A stretch of DNA of 62,934 bases, the filler included. It is 20 parts of 20 records of this genome, joined end to end, with 100 filler letters (N's around TTAATTAATTAA, not from the genome) between each part and the next. Parts side by side here need not be neighbours in the genome. Positions count along the whole stretch, not along the records: positions 16,776 to 23,590 come from SRR16133337_8590; positions 23,691 to 25,966 come from SRR16133337_8599; positions 26,067 to 28,591 come from SRR16133337_8790; positions 28,692 to 30,890 come from SRR16133337_8835; positions 30,991 to 34,437 come from SRR16133337_9003; positions 34,538 to 36,789 come from SRR16133337_9110; 14 more parts are not named here. The stretch is one strand, 5' to 3'. The notes beneath the pieces are model-generated. The model had not been told where the DNA came from. It searched no databases and worked only from the letters and a program-made list of their open reading frames with translations. Positions within the stretch are counted from its first letter, which is position 1, and the number at the start of each line of letters is the position of its first letter. Of this stretch, positions 23,522 through 36,360 are shown piece by piece. Made by a program: the position numbers and the translations under genes.

Positions 23522-25459
23522 AAAATAAGGTAAGGTTAAAAAATAGTCCTATTGCTCTTTATATACTCCGCCTGGTTAGAAACCCGAAAANNNNNNNNNN
23601 NNNNNNNNNNNNNNNNNNNNNNNNNNNNNNNNNNTTAATTAATTAANNNNNNNNNNNNNNNNNNNNNNNNNNNNNNNNNNNNNNNNNNNNAAAAAAAAAA
23701 AATCACGCGTTTTTTTGTCCCTAAAAAACGATATTTTCTCATCTTTTTTAACAGAAAACAAATACCTGAGAATGTATACAGGACTGTGTCGCGTTAAAAT
23801 ATAAGAAAATTTGTCATCCCAAGCATATGAGCCAACAGCTGCAATATTTACAAGCTCGGCAGAGAAAAGCTCTTGGTCAGAAACAAATGTCACAATGAAT
23901 GCAAATGGATCTTTTCTTGGAATTGCTAAATATCATAAACACAATAGCGAATTTGCAATGGTATTTTTTTCACATACGGTGTTCACCATTGAATATACAT
24001 CTCGGTATCGATTGGTTGTGCTTCAGAAAACCACAGTTGGCGTGGATATTACATATGTTAGATACTGTACGTAACGAAATATCGGGCACGTTTGGCACCA
24101 CAGTGAATCCAAAAAATGCTAACGTTAGTGATTGTTGACACCAGCCGAGATTGTAAAGGTATCCTTAGAAGTGACCAAACACTTCAAAATTAAACATAGA
24201 TGTTTAAAACAGTCACAGAAAAAGTTGTTGCGTCGGAATGTTACCTCAAAAAAGAAAACGTACTTTCATCGGATTTTTGTGCGACGTGCCATTTGTAGCA
24301 TTTTTCGCATCCACACGGGTGTCAAAAATATCTGATGTATCAAATGTTTACTTTGCAAAATGCAGAGCACAAAAAAATGCATCGTAACAAACCCACACTC
24401 CTCATCACCTCAGGAACCACTCAGGGGAGTAGGTGGATTCTTAAATTACAGGCGATTTTTGAAAAAAAGAAATGTATTTGAAGGGCAGGTGTTCTTATAA
24501 AAAAACCAAAAAAAATCCGGTGGGTGTTCTTTCATCGCCGAAAGAGCGAAAAAAAATTGAAAGAGTTGCTGGTGTGGGTGTGTGAGTCTTAGGAAAAATT
24601 GTGCGAAAACACAACGAATCCCCTCCTTCCGTTATCCCAAAAATAGCCGTTAAGTTGATGGGAGTGGAGTTGAGTTCTTACAACGAATTTTAGTGTAGTT
24701 CTACAAACTTAAGGAGGAGGTAGGTGGGTGGGGTGGTGGAGGGGAGTAGTGGTGTGGGTGGGTCCTTTTTTTTTAGCTTGTACAAAGCTCGAATCAAAAT
24801 CATGGGAAAAAATCCAATACTCGACCTGCTTGAAAAGTAAATGTATGGCTTTTTGTTATCTCAATATCGAGGTAGTCCCCTTCGAATTCGAATGTTGAAG
24901 GCACATCTTCAAGAGAAATTTTTCCTGAAATGTCATCACATTTAACGATTGCAGTCTCGCCAGATACATAAAAAATTTCTGCAAACGCCACGAAAAAATT
25001 GTAAAATTGTAAGATGTCGACGACAAAATATTCATCTGATGAACATTCTTGTGCGCTTTCGGATGTGTTTGTATTTGTCAGTTCAGATTGCTAAAGCATG
25101 CAAACACAAGTTTTTGTACATGAACACGCACACTCAGAAAAAATATATTTATTTTTAAAAAAAGGTCCCAGGCGCTTTTATTTTATCTTTTTTTCACGCC
25201 GTGTGAAATGCATCCTCAAAATATGACTCACCCGTACTGTAAAATGATGTACCCCACAAGTTTTAGCCCACTGTGAAAACCTATTGTATTCGTTGATGTC
25301 CATAAAAACTAATTTTTCGAAAAACTTTCAGAAACATTTTTGAAACACGATTATATCTTTTCATCAAAAAAATAATTTTGGAAAAGACGCAAAATTCATA
25401 AAGTTACATTCGCCAAATTTGACTGAGTAATAAGATGAGTGGGGATTTTTGCCACAATA

Positions 25460-25832
25460 CAGGGAATTTTATAGCAAGAACCCGCCACACCGCCGCCATC
25501 CTCCACCACACCAACACTCATCCTCTTAAGAACCACACATAGGTGTGTGGGGTAGGTGTTATGGGTTCTTACAAAAATTAGGTATGGTTTTTGGCAAAAT
25601 TTCAATTTAAGGGGTGAGTGTTCTTGCAACATTTTGGGGAAAATTGCATTTTAGGTGCTTCGTATAACATCGCTCGAAGAACGAAAAAAAATTTGAACGT
25701 GTGGAGGTGTGTGTGGAGGGTGTTCTAAGGAAACATTTTGTGAAAACGCTAAGAAGCCCACCTCTCTGTTTTGTCAAAAAATGCCTTTAAGGGTGGAGGG
25801 TGTGTGTGTGGGTCTTGCAATGAAATTTCCTG
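25460..25832. mobile_element. Tc1/pogo-like MITE
   Basis: TA|CAGGGAATTTTATAGCAAGAACC ... GGTCTTGCAATGAAATTTCCTG|TA: imperfect TIRs with TA flanks. Related AAGAACC/CCACCC motifs recur near 24380-24790, 40045-40250 and 40740-40890. Confidence 0.55.
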
Positions 25833-26359
25833 TATAATTTCAGGTATAGCCAAACATTTCTTTTGACTACAACAACCAATTGTGACTTACAACAATACTT
25901 GGAGTAATATGATATTCAAATTCGACATAGACAATTGTTTCTGGATCAACTTCGCGCATTTCAGCANNNNNNNNNNNNNNNNNNNNNNNNNNNNNNNNNN
26001 NNNNNNNNNNTTAATTAATTAANNNNNNNNNNNNNNNNNNNNNNNNNNNNNNNNNNNNNNNNNNNNATTTCAACTTCATCACTTTTGTGGAGTATGATGA
26101 GTGTGTGGGAGATGAATGTTGAGTGGACATACGAACGAACGTACGAACATTATTACATTCAAAATAGATCCACATGAAAATCGAATTATATTTAATATCG
26201 AAACAAAAAATGTTGAGAACTGGGTTGTCGGTATATATTTAAAACATTCAAAGCATAAAATTTCCATTTTTCGAAATGGGAGTTCATTGAAGGGCAAAGT
26301 GAGTTATTCAGTGATCTGATGTTGCCTACAGTCATGTTATGATGATTACTCATTATTAT

Positions 26360-28171
26360 TTTGTACTGTACCATTATTGAGCGCAGATAATTTGATTTTT
26401 TGTGATGAAGGAATTAATTTGTGTCGCGGATATTCAATACGTCGCTCAGGGGAAAACTTTTTGGTTGCCATTGAAGACGCCGTTGAAGATGAAGGCAATG
26501 ATGAGGTAGACGGTATTGATGATGTAGATTGATGAGGAATGAGAGGAGAAACAAATTTGTTCGATTTTTTTCTCTTCGACGATACACTTGTCGATTTCTT
26601 AGAATGAATAAGTTTTTGATTTTGTCGAATGGTCCTAAAATTAATACAACAACGTCCGTAAAACCACAATGTGACTCTAATTTCATACTTGTGAAAGTTT
26701 CATTTTTCTGAAAAGTGTACGGCAAAAAAAAATCATACTTTTAGTGCAATTTAGCACGAACATTTCATATGTACAATCACGAAAAGTACCACGCATTACT
26801 GTATAGATCAAAACAATGACACTTTAATGTGCTGGTGCAGTGAGAAACATAATTGAGCACAGTGTTCGGTTTGTAGAATTGGATAGTGAAATTTTCTTAC
26901 AGTACAACCAATAAAGACGATGACGTAAGTTTTTTAGAGACCTCTTTATCTACAGCGAATTTTTTTGAAAACATTATTGTGAATTTACCTTGGAGGCTGG
27001 GCTTCAAATTTACGTTTTGCGGGCAACATCGCGGACTGTACAGAATGCGAAGGGCGATTTTTCGAAGCAACACCACCTACGAAATCACAACACCAATATC
27101 ACATGCACAATTTGTCAAAAATAAAAACCAAATTTCTTGCACATCAGCAATACAAGGGGTAGGGTTTCAAAAAAGCACAGTCCTCCCCCACCCCTCACTC
27201 CCTTTAAGTTCACCTTTCTTTAATCCGGCCAAAACATTGAACCCATAAAACCAACATGATGTTACGAAAACGAAATTTCAATGAGCAATGTTTTGTTGTT
27301 GCAATAATTACTCCAAAAGGTGAATGTTTTTCAAATAATCCAGATGACAAATTATTGAGAATCATACAACATCCATCATAATTTCACTACCAAATAATTT
27401 TTTTCATGTCACTGCCCGTTCAAAATGCTACACTTTCACAAACACTATTCACCATACGCACTTCTTGCCACAAAAGTTTGATTTCCTGGTGGCGATGTTG
27501 ATGAGGACGGGCGGTTAAGAATATTCTTCCCACGGTCCAGGGCATCGTTAGAAACGTTCACTTTCTTTCCTCCTCCAGTTTGAAACATTTCATCAAATGA
27601 CGCAACATCATTACGATCGCTCAGCTGTTGTTTCTTCTGTAAAACCAAAAAACACGTAAACATAAATAAATTATATACAACTACCCGCACTATGTTTTCT
27701 TGCAGGCATCTGCGACAATGTTTAACACAAATAAGGCATTTCAAGTGTGCGACAATAACCCTACGTGAGGACAGTACAATTTCTGTTATAAAGAACGCAT
27801 CGGCGCAAGACCAACTCCTACACCACCCACGCCCGCGTAACAAAAGAATATTTATACAACCTGTATTTTCCCGTCGATTAAATGTGGCAACATTCGGGGT
27901 GTAAGTTTCAAAAATAATAACTTGACAGGAAAACTACACGCCTCAGAACACGAAAATATATGTTGCCATGGTCAGGAATACATACATTAAGAATTCCTTG
28001 GGCGCGATCCAGAGAAATTTTCGATACTTCCACTTCCTTCCCACTTCCAGTTTGAAACATCTTACTCATATCAATTGAAGCAGAAGATGATGGCGCTGGA
28101 GATGACGAGACCGAAAAGGTTGACGGGGTTGAAGAAGTTGACGGTGAGAAACCAATCTTTGAGTGATCCAT
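26360..28171 (-). CDS. BRCA2: BRCA2-like protein, N-terminal exons (28171-27986, 27636-27453, 27076-26989, ~26630-26370) with two BRC repeats
   Basis: MFQTGSGKEVEVSKISLDRAQGIL and MFQTGGGKKVNVSNDALDRGKNIL fit the BRC consensus FxTaSGKxVxVSxxsLxkaxxl. The first three exons join in phase across GT-AG introns. The DNA-binding domain is not on this contig. Confidence 0.72.
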
Positions 28172-30992
28172 CTAACATCCAGTATTCACAATGTTCAATG
28201 TAAAAAATAGACCCGTTCATTTCGCTTTCTCCTTCGAATGTCGGATGTGGAAAAGTACACCATGCGCTTTTGTATTTCCCGTATAGAATTTTATTGTATT
28301 GACTAAATTCGTCACAGAAAATTCAAGCACTTATTCTGGAAAAATCATCTTTCTCGTGTCCCAAAATCATAGTAGAAACTATTGGGGGCAACATGCGGCA
28401 TTATTCATCAATTGTGACAAACGTATGTAAATTTAATTGGTGTGTCTGTTTCGTAACTATGTTTGGCATGTTCACTGATGTGGGAATTTGAGAGAAAACG
28501 TACATATTTATTGCCAAATACACCCAGTTGAATAACAAAATAGTGTTATCAGTTTCAAAATTCTTCACAAAAAATATGTTTTGGTCACAAANNNNNNNNN
28601 NNNNNNNNNNNNNNNNNNNNNNNNNNNNNNNNNNNTTAATTAATTAANNNNNNNNNNNNNNNNNNNNNNNNNNNNNNNNNNNNNNNNNNNNTAAAGAAAA
28701 TACATTGTGATTTTAAAAAAAGGCTGTCCTGGTGAATGACGAGAAAAACATTCGATAAAACCTTGTGCCCAAGGGCGTAATGTGTTTTCGTTTGGTAGGT
28801 GATTTTCCCGATGTCATGTATTGAACAAAGATTCTTCATTGAATAAAAAATATTCATCAATATATTTCTTTCGCGTTTCTTGGATTCATACATACATGAA
28901 TGTACAATACATAACTCTGAAACTACACAAGCAAGTTTCTACCCCTGTTCACTTACATTGAATTCACATATCCAGAGAATTCCGAATCGCAATCGCACAT
29001 CCACACTGTCTCACTTTGAGAACCACCATTTCCCCGGAAAGTTATGTTTTTTCTGAAAAATAAATATACATACATACAAAGCATATGAGTTATACAAACT
29101 GGAAAACAAAACTTTGCTTTTACATCTCACAACACAAACGTCAATTAAAATTCAAAATTATGAAATGTAAAATGTTGTTTGATCAGTCAAGAGAATTACA
29201 TGGATGAAAGAAGTTAAAATTTAGATTTTTTTAGCATTTGCAAATATTAAAACTGAATTTCTGGCCAAAAATCCTTCTTACTGAAAATCTTGCTAATATG
29301 CACAACTTCGTATTTTCTCCAACTGAGCTTAGCTTTTTAAGACACAAACTATCAACAAGAAACATGGCAAAACAAAAGCAATAAATACGATTACGTACCT
29401 TGAAACGTGTACGAAATTAGAATTCGATATCATTCTACTATCAACATCAAAATCCAGTACACAATACTTGATCCCTACCAAAACGAAAAAAACAAAACAT
29501 GTCTGTTATTTAAATTTATGTAACTTAATTCTTTTTACGAAAATATTACGCCCACATGGAAATAACAACATATAAATTTATATAGAAAGATTTTGGGCTG
29601 TTAAACGTTTATTTTTAATGTGAAATGTAAAAACAAAAAGAGGCGAAAAATCTCCTTTTTTTTGACTGTGCGTGGTTATTTTCAGAAATTTACCAGCAAG
29701 AATTTCCTCAACATTGTATGCTTAACTTGTGCATAGAGAAAGATAAACAAATCTTAGAAAAATCTTATGGGTTTCACGTGGAGACCGAAAATAGATTTTT
29801 AGGGTTTTGATAAACTTTTTTACATTCAAAAGAGAAAAACCCGACTATCCATAAGTGTAATTTTTTTTTATATTTCCGCATTATCAACTACAACCCACGA
29901 AATACAACTCAATAAGAACATGTTTTGACAACGAGCAATCTCAAAACTTGAAAACTTCGCTTTCGAGAAGTATTACATTGCCCACTACATCAACACTAAA
30001 TTTCTTATTCAGCAGAGAAACTGACCATTAAAACCCAAAAAATAAAACCCAATCACCACGTGCAAAATTAGAGATGTTACGAGATAACTAATGGCAAACA
30101 TCCAAATTCCATACCTGCTTGTATGCATGTGATCGACATTTTGACACTTCTCGCACGCAGTTGATACATGTAAATATCCTCCACAGATGTTTCCACAACT
30201 TGTGATACATTCCCGTCCATATCCACGCGATTTTCAATATTTTCATTTGTTTCGGTTCTGCGTCTTTTCTGGATTCTGTTCAAATGAGCCATATGGAAAC
30301 CACACATACAAGTGCACGTTTCGCACAAGTGCCAAATGCACCTGTGCAAAATTGTAACAACTTCCTCACCAGAATTCCAACATCTCTGGCATAATTTTTT
30401 ATTTTTTCTTCGTTGTGTATTTTGCGAACACGTGACTGGCAAAAGTTTTTCTTCTCCACTGGGCAGAACAAACTTTTTCAGCCAAACACTTGGATTATCT
30501 GTTGGGATTATCGCCATTGAACTTTCTGTTCACCGCATTGTCACATGTGTGTTTGTTGCATTTTTTCAAAAACCCGAAAACAGCTTCAAACTTTCCGACT
30601 GCAGTCCCATTAGTCACCGTTGACATCTCAATCCAAATCCTAAAATAAACACAAAAAACCAGAGGTAACCTGCACACTTTATAAATTGCTCCAAAATGAA
30701 AATTTAAAATTCGAAAAACAAAAGTCAAACATCTACGGAACCTTTTGAACAACGTTTGAACACTGACCAAAATACACAAAAACTACAACGTGCAGGCATA
30801 GTTTATTTCATATAATTTTATGGTACGAAGACTGCAAAACATTGTATCAACAAACTAAATTTGATTTCCATTCCACTTCTAAAAAAATACNNNNNNNNNN
30901 NNNNNNNNNNNNNNNNNNNNNNNNNNNNNNNNNNTTAATTAATTAANNNNNNNNNNNNNNNNNNNNNNNNNNNNNNNNNNNNNNNNNNNNGA

Positions 30993-32757
30993 AAAGAAAT
31001 CTACTCTCACAAACCTGAAATATCAATTGAAGAATTAAACGATATTGTTCAGTCATATATAAACAGTATTATATTTTTACGAGTTTGTGAAGACAGAAAT
31101 TTAGAAACTTATAAAACCCTTTTAAATTTTGCCGATAAAAACGACTTCAATTCACTCATCAAAAAATTTAAGGAAGCCGATAAAAAATACAACGCAGGAC
31201 TTTTTAACCATCCATTAACTAACGAAATAATATCAAATAATAGTTCTGCTTTTTGGACAATCATTCAACATTTGTATTTTCCTGAAAGCAGTTATTCCTT
31301 TTCAGTATTTTCATCTGACATTTTAGGTAATCCACCATATATGGCAACCGAACATATGAAGCAATTTACACCTTTGGAATTACCTTTGTATAAAAAACAC
31401 TATTCATCATCTTACAAACAATTCGATAAGTACTTTTTATTCATTGAAAGAGGTTTAGACTTATTAAAACCAAAAGGCTATTTCGGATATATTGTACCAA
31501 GCAAATTCACAAAAGTAGGTGCAGGGAAAAAGTTGAGAGAATTACTTGTTTCAAATAAATCAGTGGAACAAATAATTTCATTTGGAGCAAACCAAGTATT
31601 TTACAATAAAACAACCTACACTTGTTTGCTTGTTCTTAAAAATGAAGAACAAGAAGAACTAAATTATTTAGAAGTTGATTCTTTAAAAAATTGGAAAACA
31701 AGAAAAATCAATGAAGAGCATTTTGATTCCGTTAAATTTAGTGATTTAGAAAAAAATGATTGGATTCTTGTCCCAAGTATTTTAAAACCCGTTTTCAATG
31801 CTATAAATAAACAGTCTGAAACTTTAGAAAACTTAATTGGTTCTGATAATATCTACAATGGGATTCAAACAAGTGCAAACAATATTTACATCCATTCGAA
31901 AACAAAAGAAGATAAAAAGTACCTCTATTTTTCTAAAGATGGCATTGATTGGAAAGTAGAAAAAGTATTAACAAGACCATATTACAAGACTTCAAGTGGA
32001 GATAACAATCTAAATACTTATCGCCCATTTAGTCCTAATACTTTTGTTATTTACCCATACTTGAAGTCAAAAAAAGGAATTCAATTTGTTGAAATTGACA
32101 ATTTGAAATCTAACTATCCAAATTTATTTGCTTTTCTAAACCATTACAAAAGCAAATTAGACAATTCAAAAAGAGATATAAAACCTACACCTGAAACTGC
32201 TAATGAATGGTATCGTTTTGGAAGGCATCAAAGTCTTGATAAATGTGATGTTCCTGCTAAAATTATTGTAGGTGTTTTAGCACAGGGTAATAAATACGCA
32301 ATTGATTATTTCGGCACATTAATTTCATCTGGAGGAACAGCAGGATATTGTATGATTACTTTACCTAATAAATTTCCCTTACTCAATTTATTATATCCAA
32401 GCCCTCTTAAATTCTAAATATTTAGAATGGTTTTCAGTATTAATCGGAGAAGTGTTTAGAGGTGGATATATCGCTAGAGGAACGAAAGTATTGAAAAAAC
32501 TACCTATACAAATTATTGATTTTGATAGCAAAAAAGGAAAAGCAATACACGATAAAATTGCTTCTATTCAGAAAGGATTAATTAATGTTCAAGGTCTAAT
32601 TGATAAAAATAAAGGAAACAACAGAAGATTAATTCCCTTACAACGTCAATTTGATAGCCAAAAGGATGAATTAGAACAGACATTAAATATATTATTTAAC
32701 TTAGGAGAAAGTGAGAACCTTATTCCTTTAATTTCAGAAATATATGCAACTAATTAA
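30993..32757 (+). pseudogene. Type IIG restriction-modification fusion (Eco57I/BpmI RM-like): 5'-truncated by contig, internally deleted and frameshifted
   Basis: The frame is open from the contig start (IIFLRVCEDR, KYNAGLF, YSFSVFSSDILGN) and then jumps directly to PPY with no SAM-binding motif I. TaqI-C-like TRD (WYRFGRHQ). +1 frameshift at ~32368-32380 into YSIYYIQALLNSKYLEWF...FRGGY. Confidence 0.85.
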
Positions 32758-34363
32758 AAACGCATCTAAAGAAAAATTAAGAGGAGGATTTTACACGCCT
32801 GAACCTATTGCTTCATTTATTTTAAAATGGGCTTTCAATGGAAATAAAGAATTAGATATTCTTGAACCAAGTTGTGGTGATGGAGTTTTCTTAGAAAAAA
32901 TTCAAAAAGAAAACTATAAATACAATGCTGTTACAGCAATTGAGTTTGATGAAATTGAAGCAGTCAAATCAAGAAAAATAGGACTGAATAAATCCAAAAT
33001 TATCAATTCTGATTTTCATGATTTTTGCATCAATACAAAACAGAAATTTGATTTAATAATTGGAAATCCACCATACATTCGCTATCAATATTTTGACAGA
33101 GTACAACAGAAATTCGCTTCTGAAATATTTGGGAAAGCAAAATTGAAATATTCCAAACTTACTAATGCTTGGGTTTCTTTTGTTGTTGGCTCTTCCCTAC
33201 TCTTAAAAGAACAAGGAAAAATAGGCTTTGTACTTCCTGCTGAAATACTACAAGTTTCATATGCCCAACCTTTAAGAGAGTTTTTAGGACAATTTTACAA
33301 CAAAATAAACATTGTGTCTTTTGAAAAACTAGTATTTCCTGACATTCAACAAGAGGTAGTTTTATTGTTGTGCGAAAAAAACAATACTAAAACACATTTA
33401 ATTGAACATTTAGAATTACGAGATGCGGATGAACTTCAAAAATTAGATGTTTCAAAACTAAAAAGTCCAAAGAAAAAGATTGATTTTAAATCCAACAAAT
33501 GGACTTTTTATTTTCTTGACCAAAAAGAAATAGATTTTTTAGAAAAACTTCAATCAGATAAAATAATTCCAAAATTAGGCGATTATGCAAAAGTTGAAGT
33601 AGGAATTACAACAGGTTCAAATCCATTTTTCACAGTACCTCTTTCTACGGTACAATTTTACAACTTAGAGAAATATGCAAAACCATTGGTTGGCAGAAGT
33701 GTACAAGTTCCAAGTGCAATATTTACTGAAAAAGATTGGAGGAAAAATAGAAATTCAGAAGCAAGAACACATTTTTTATCCTTTCCGAAAATGAAGGATT
33801 TAAACGGTTCTATTGGAGCAAGAGATTATATCACTTGGGGAGAAAAAGCTAAAATAAACAAAGGTTATAAATGTAGAATTAGAGAAGAATGGCAAATTGT
33901 TCCTTCACAACGAATTTCAGATGCTCTATTTATCCGCAGAAATAACAAGTACCCAAAATTGATAATAAATGAAGCAAAAGCATTTACAACGGACACAATG
34001 CACCGAGTAACAGTAAATAAAAATGTAGAGATAAAAACTTTAACAGCAAGTTATTACAACTCACTTTCTTTTGCTTTCTCTGAAATTTGCGGAAGAAGTC
34101 ACGGAGGCGGAGTTTTAGAATTAATGCCTAATGAAGTTGAAAGAATCCTTTTGCCATACAATGAAAACAATGCCGAATTATTACCAGTAATTGATAAAAT
34201 GATTCGAGAGAAAAAAAATATTTCTGAATTACTAAAAATCACGAATGAAAAAATATTAAAGGAAAATTTCGCATTGACCGATTCTGAAATTGAATTGGCA
34301 GATAGCATTTGGAAGAAATTATCTAAAAGAAGATTGAATAGAGGAAAAAAAGCCAACACATAA
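32744..34363 (+). CDS. N6-adenine DNA methyltransferase, M.Eco57I/M.BpmI-like companion methylase
   Basis: KLRGGFYTP, ILEPSCGDG (motif I), GNPPYIRYQ (motif IV), YKCRIR, TTDTMHRV, GRSHGGGVLEL; overlaps the RM stop by 14 nt. Confidence 0.93.
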   Translation: MQLIKNASKEKLRGGFYTPEPIASFILKWAFNGNKELDILEPSCGDGVFLEKIQKENYKYNAVTAIEFDEIEAVKSRKIGLNKSKIINSDFHDFCINTKQKFDLIIGNPPYIRYQYFDRVQQKFASEIFGKAKLKYSKLTNAWVSFVVGSSLLLKEQGKIGFVLPAEILQVSYAQPLREFLGQFYNKINIVSFEKLVFPDIQQEVVLLLCEKNNTKTHLIEHLELRDADELQKLDVSKLKSPKKKIDFKSNKWTFYFLDQKEIDFLEKLQSDKIIPKLGDYAKVEVGITTGSNPFFTVPLSTVQFYNLEKYAKPLVGRSVQVPSAIFTEKDWRKNRNSEARTHFLSFPKMKDLNGSIGARDYITWGEKAKINKGYKCRIREEWQIVPSQRISDALFIRRNNKYPKLIINEAKAFTTDTMHRVTVNKNVEIKTLTASYYNSLSFAFSEICGRSHGGGVLELMPNEVERILLPYNENNAELLPVIDKMIREKKNISELLKITNEKILKENFALTDSEIELADSIWKKLSKRRLNRGKKANT

Positions 34364-36057
34364 AGTCATACAAACATAATGTAATTCGGGTATCATTCAA
34401 AGCAATAGTAAAGATTTTCTAAACTAAAAGACAATTTNNNNNNNNNNNNNNNNNNNNNNNNNNNNNNNNNNNNNNNNNNNNTTAATTAATTAANNNNNNN
34501 NNNNNNNNNNNNNNNNNNNNNNNNNNNNNNNNNNNNNTTTTTTGAAAAGAAAAACTTGTCATGAAAACAAGGATCGGTCTAGTACCTTTAAAGATGTTTT
34601 ACCGCCTGGTGTAATGGCGAAAATTTGACACCAATTTCTTGAGAAACAACAAACTCAAAATTTGGCGGCGTGACAATGAAATCGGGGCTGTACCCTTATG
34701 TATGAAAAACACAGTTCACAAATTCCGAACTGTTTTCTCAAAACTCAAACCACAGAATTTCTTGATTCTCACTTAGAAAAATTCACTTCTCACAAAACAT
34801 TTGTATCCTACGCTCGCTGCACTAGTTTTTTTTAATTTTTTGATTTTGTTTCTCCTACAAATAGATCTCGTTAAAAATGGGGAGATATTTTGAAGGACAT
34901 ATAAGCACTTTTCTCTGTTGTTGACTGAGAGCTGTTTCACTAAATTTTAGGAGAAAATAATTCAAATCTTGCTCTATCACAGAAACATTTTGCCTTGTTC
35001 GACCAAACAACAAAGCAAGATTTCGAAAATGTTATACTTGGATTTAAAATCCACATTAATTTTGTGTGCAACAGTAAAATCTCACCAAGAAGACTTAGTC
35101 TAAGTAAGAAAAATATACGGTAAATGACAAGCAGAGCAAACATGCACGTGCTTGACTTGGTTCAGGCTAGAGTCAATACACTCAGGTCAGACAAAAAAAA
35201 GTACAGCTGTATCGCGTTCCTGACGACGTCCTAACACCCAAACCCCCCCCGCAAGTCGAAATATTTTGAACCCACAGCCTCCCTTAAAGTGTGTGTTCTT
35301 CATTTGTTTTAAATCAATGTATTTCTACGTGTACGTCTATTCCTATTACGAACACGTCTCTTTGCTCAAAACAAACCTTTGCATTCATCCCCCAAGATTC
35401 TGATATTTTTGAGAGTTTATTGTGCTCACACTCTAATTTTCCGTCCAACGCTACTGTAGAAGAATCGCGTACAAAATTTTATTTTCATTTTCTACTCAAA
35501 ACAGCCAATATTTGCACAATTAAACGTGTGGGTTTAGAGTCCAGCAGTTCTGTAAGACCTGTCGTGGTGTTTAATAACGGAAGTAGTTTTGCAAAAAGAA
35601 ATAGAAAACAATTTTTCAAAATTTAAAGTTCCTTTCAACACGAAATTTTGATGCGCGAGTAGAAACGAAAGCGTTTGATCGAGCTGCTTGTTGTATAATC
35701 TTCCTATTGTTGAAGAAATGAATAAAGCGAACACTTGCCATAAATTACAATGTCTATGTGAACCCATCAGAGAAATGTTTTCTTTCATGAAATACACACG
35801 TTAAACATCTTCTGTTGCATTGGTCAGCACAATGTCTCAAGAAGCAAAAAACAAACAAACATTACTCTTCGCGCAACCAAGATATGTCTTGACAATTTCA
35901 TGGAAATTCTGTTAAAAGGCAACCTACTCTGGGTCCCCTGTTTGAAATGATCAGTTGTAAAACCCCAAGAGTAAGGACGTGTATTCTTCCACACATCAAA
36001 GTTATGACAAAGATGACAAGATATACATAAAGTTCTGACAAAAGGTAAATCTTGATA

Positions 36058-36360
36058 CCTCTTCAACTGATATCTTGCCATCATACATCTGCTTGAAGTA
36101 TTTGTCTACGAATTCATTAATTAATTTAGTACTGATGTTGAAGTTTCCTACCTCGTCTATGGACAGCTTGCCATCGTAGATTTTCTGAAAATAAGAATTT
36201 GCTGCCTCTTCAATGGCATCAACTGAGGTGGAGCTGTCGGCTTGACTGTTGGCAGAGCAGTAGGCCCGGTAAATTCTCTCCACGTAAGCGTTTGTACCCG
36301 ACTGGAGAGATTCTTTCAAAGAACCGAAGCATTCAAAGATTTCAGTGGCACCATCCACAC
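36058..36360 (-). CDS. Exon resembling the start of the CNOT1 TTP-binding domain
   Basis: IEEAANSYFQKIYDGKLSIDEV resembles CNOT1 (IExEANSYFQxxxxGxLSIxx); the downstream conserved CNOT1 exons were not found. Confidence 0.45.

Noticed and set aside
30077-30517. Cys/His-rich ORF resembling a piggyBac C-terminal zinc domain
   Set aside because: Spacing only loosely fits and no DDD transposase or TIRs are visible; left uncalled.
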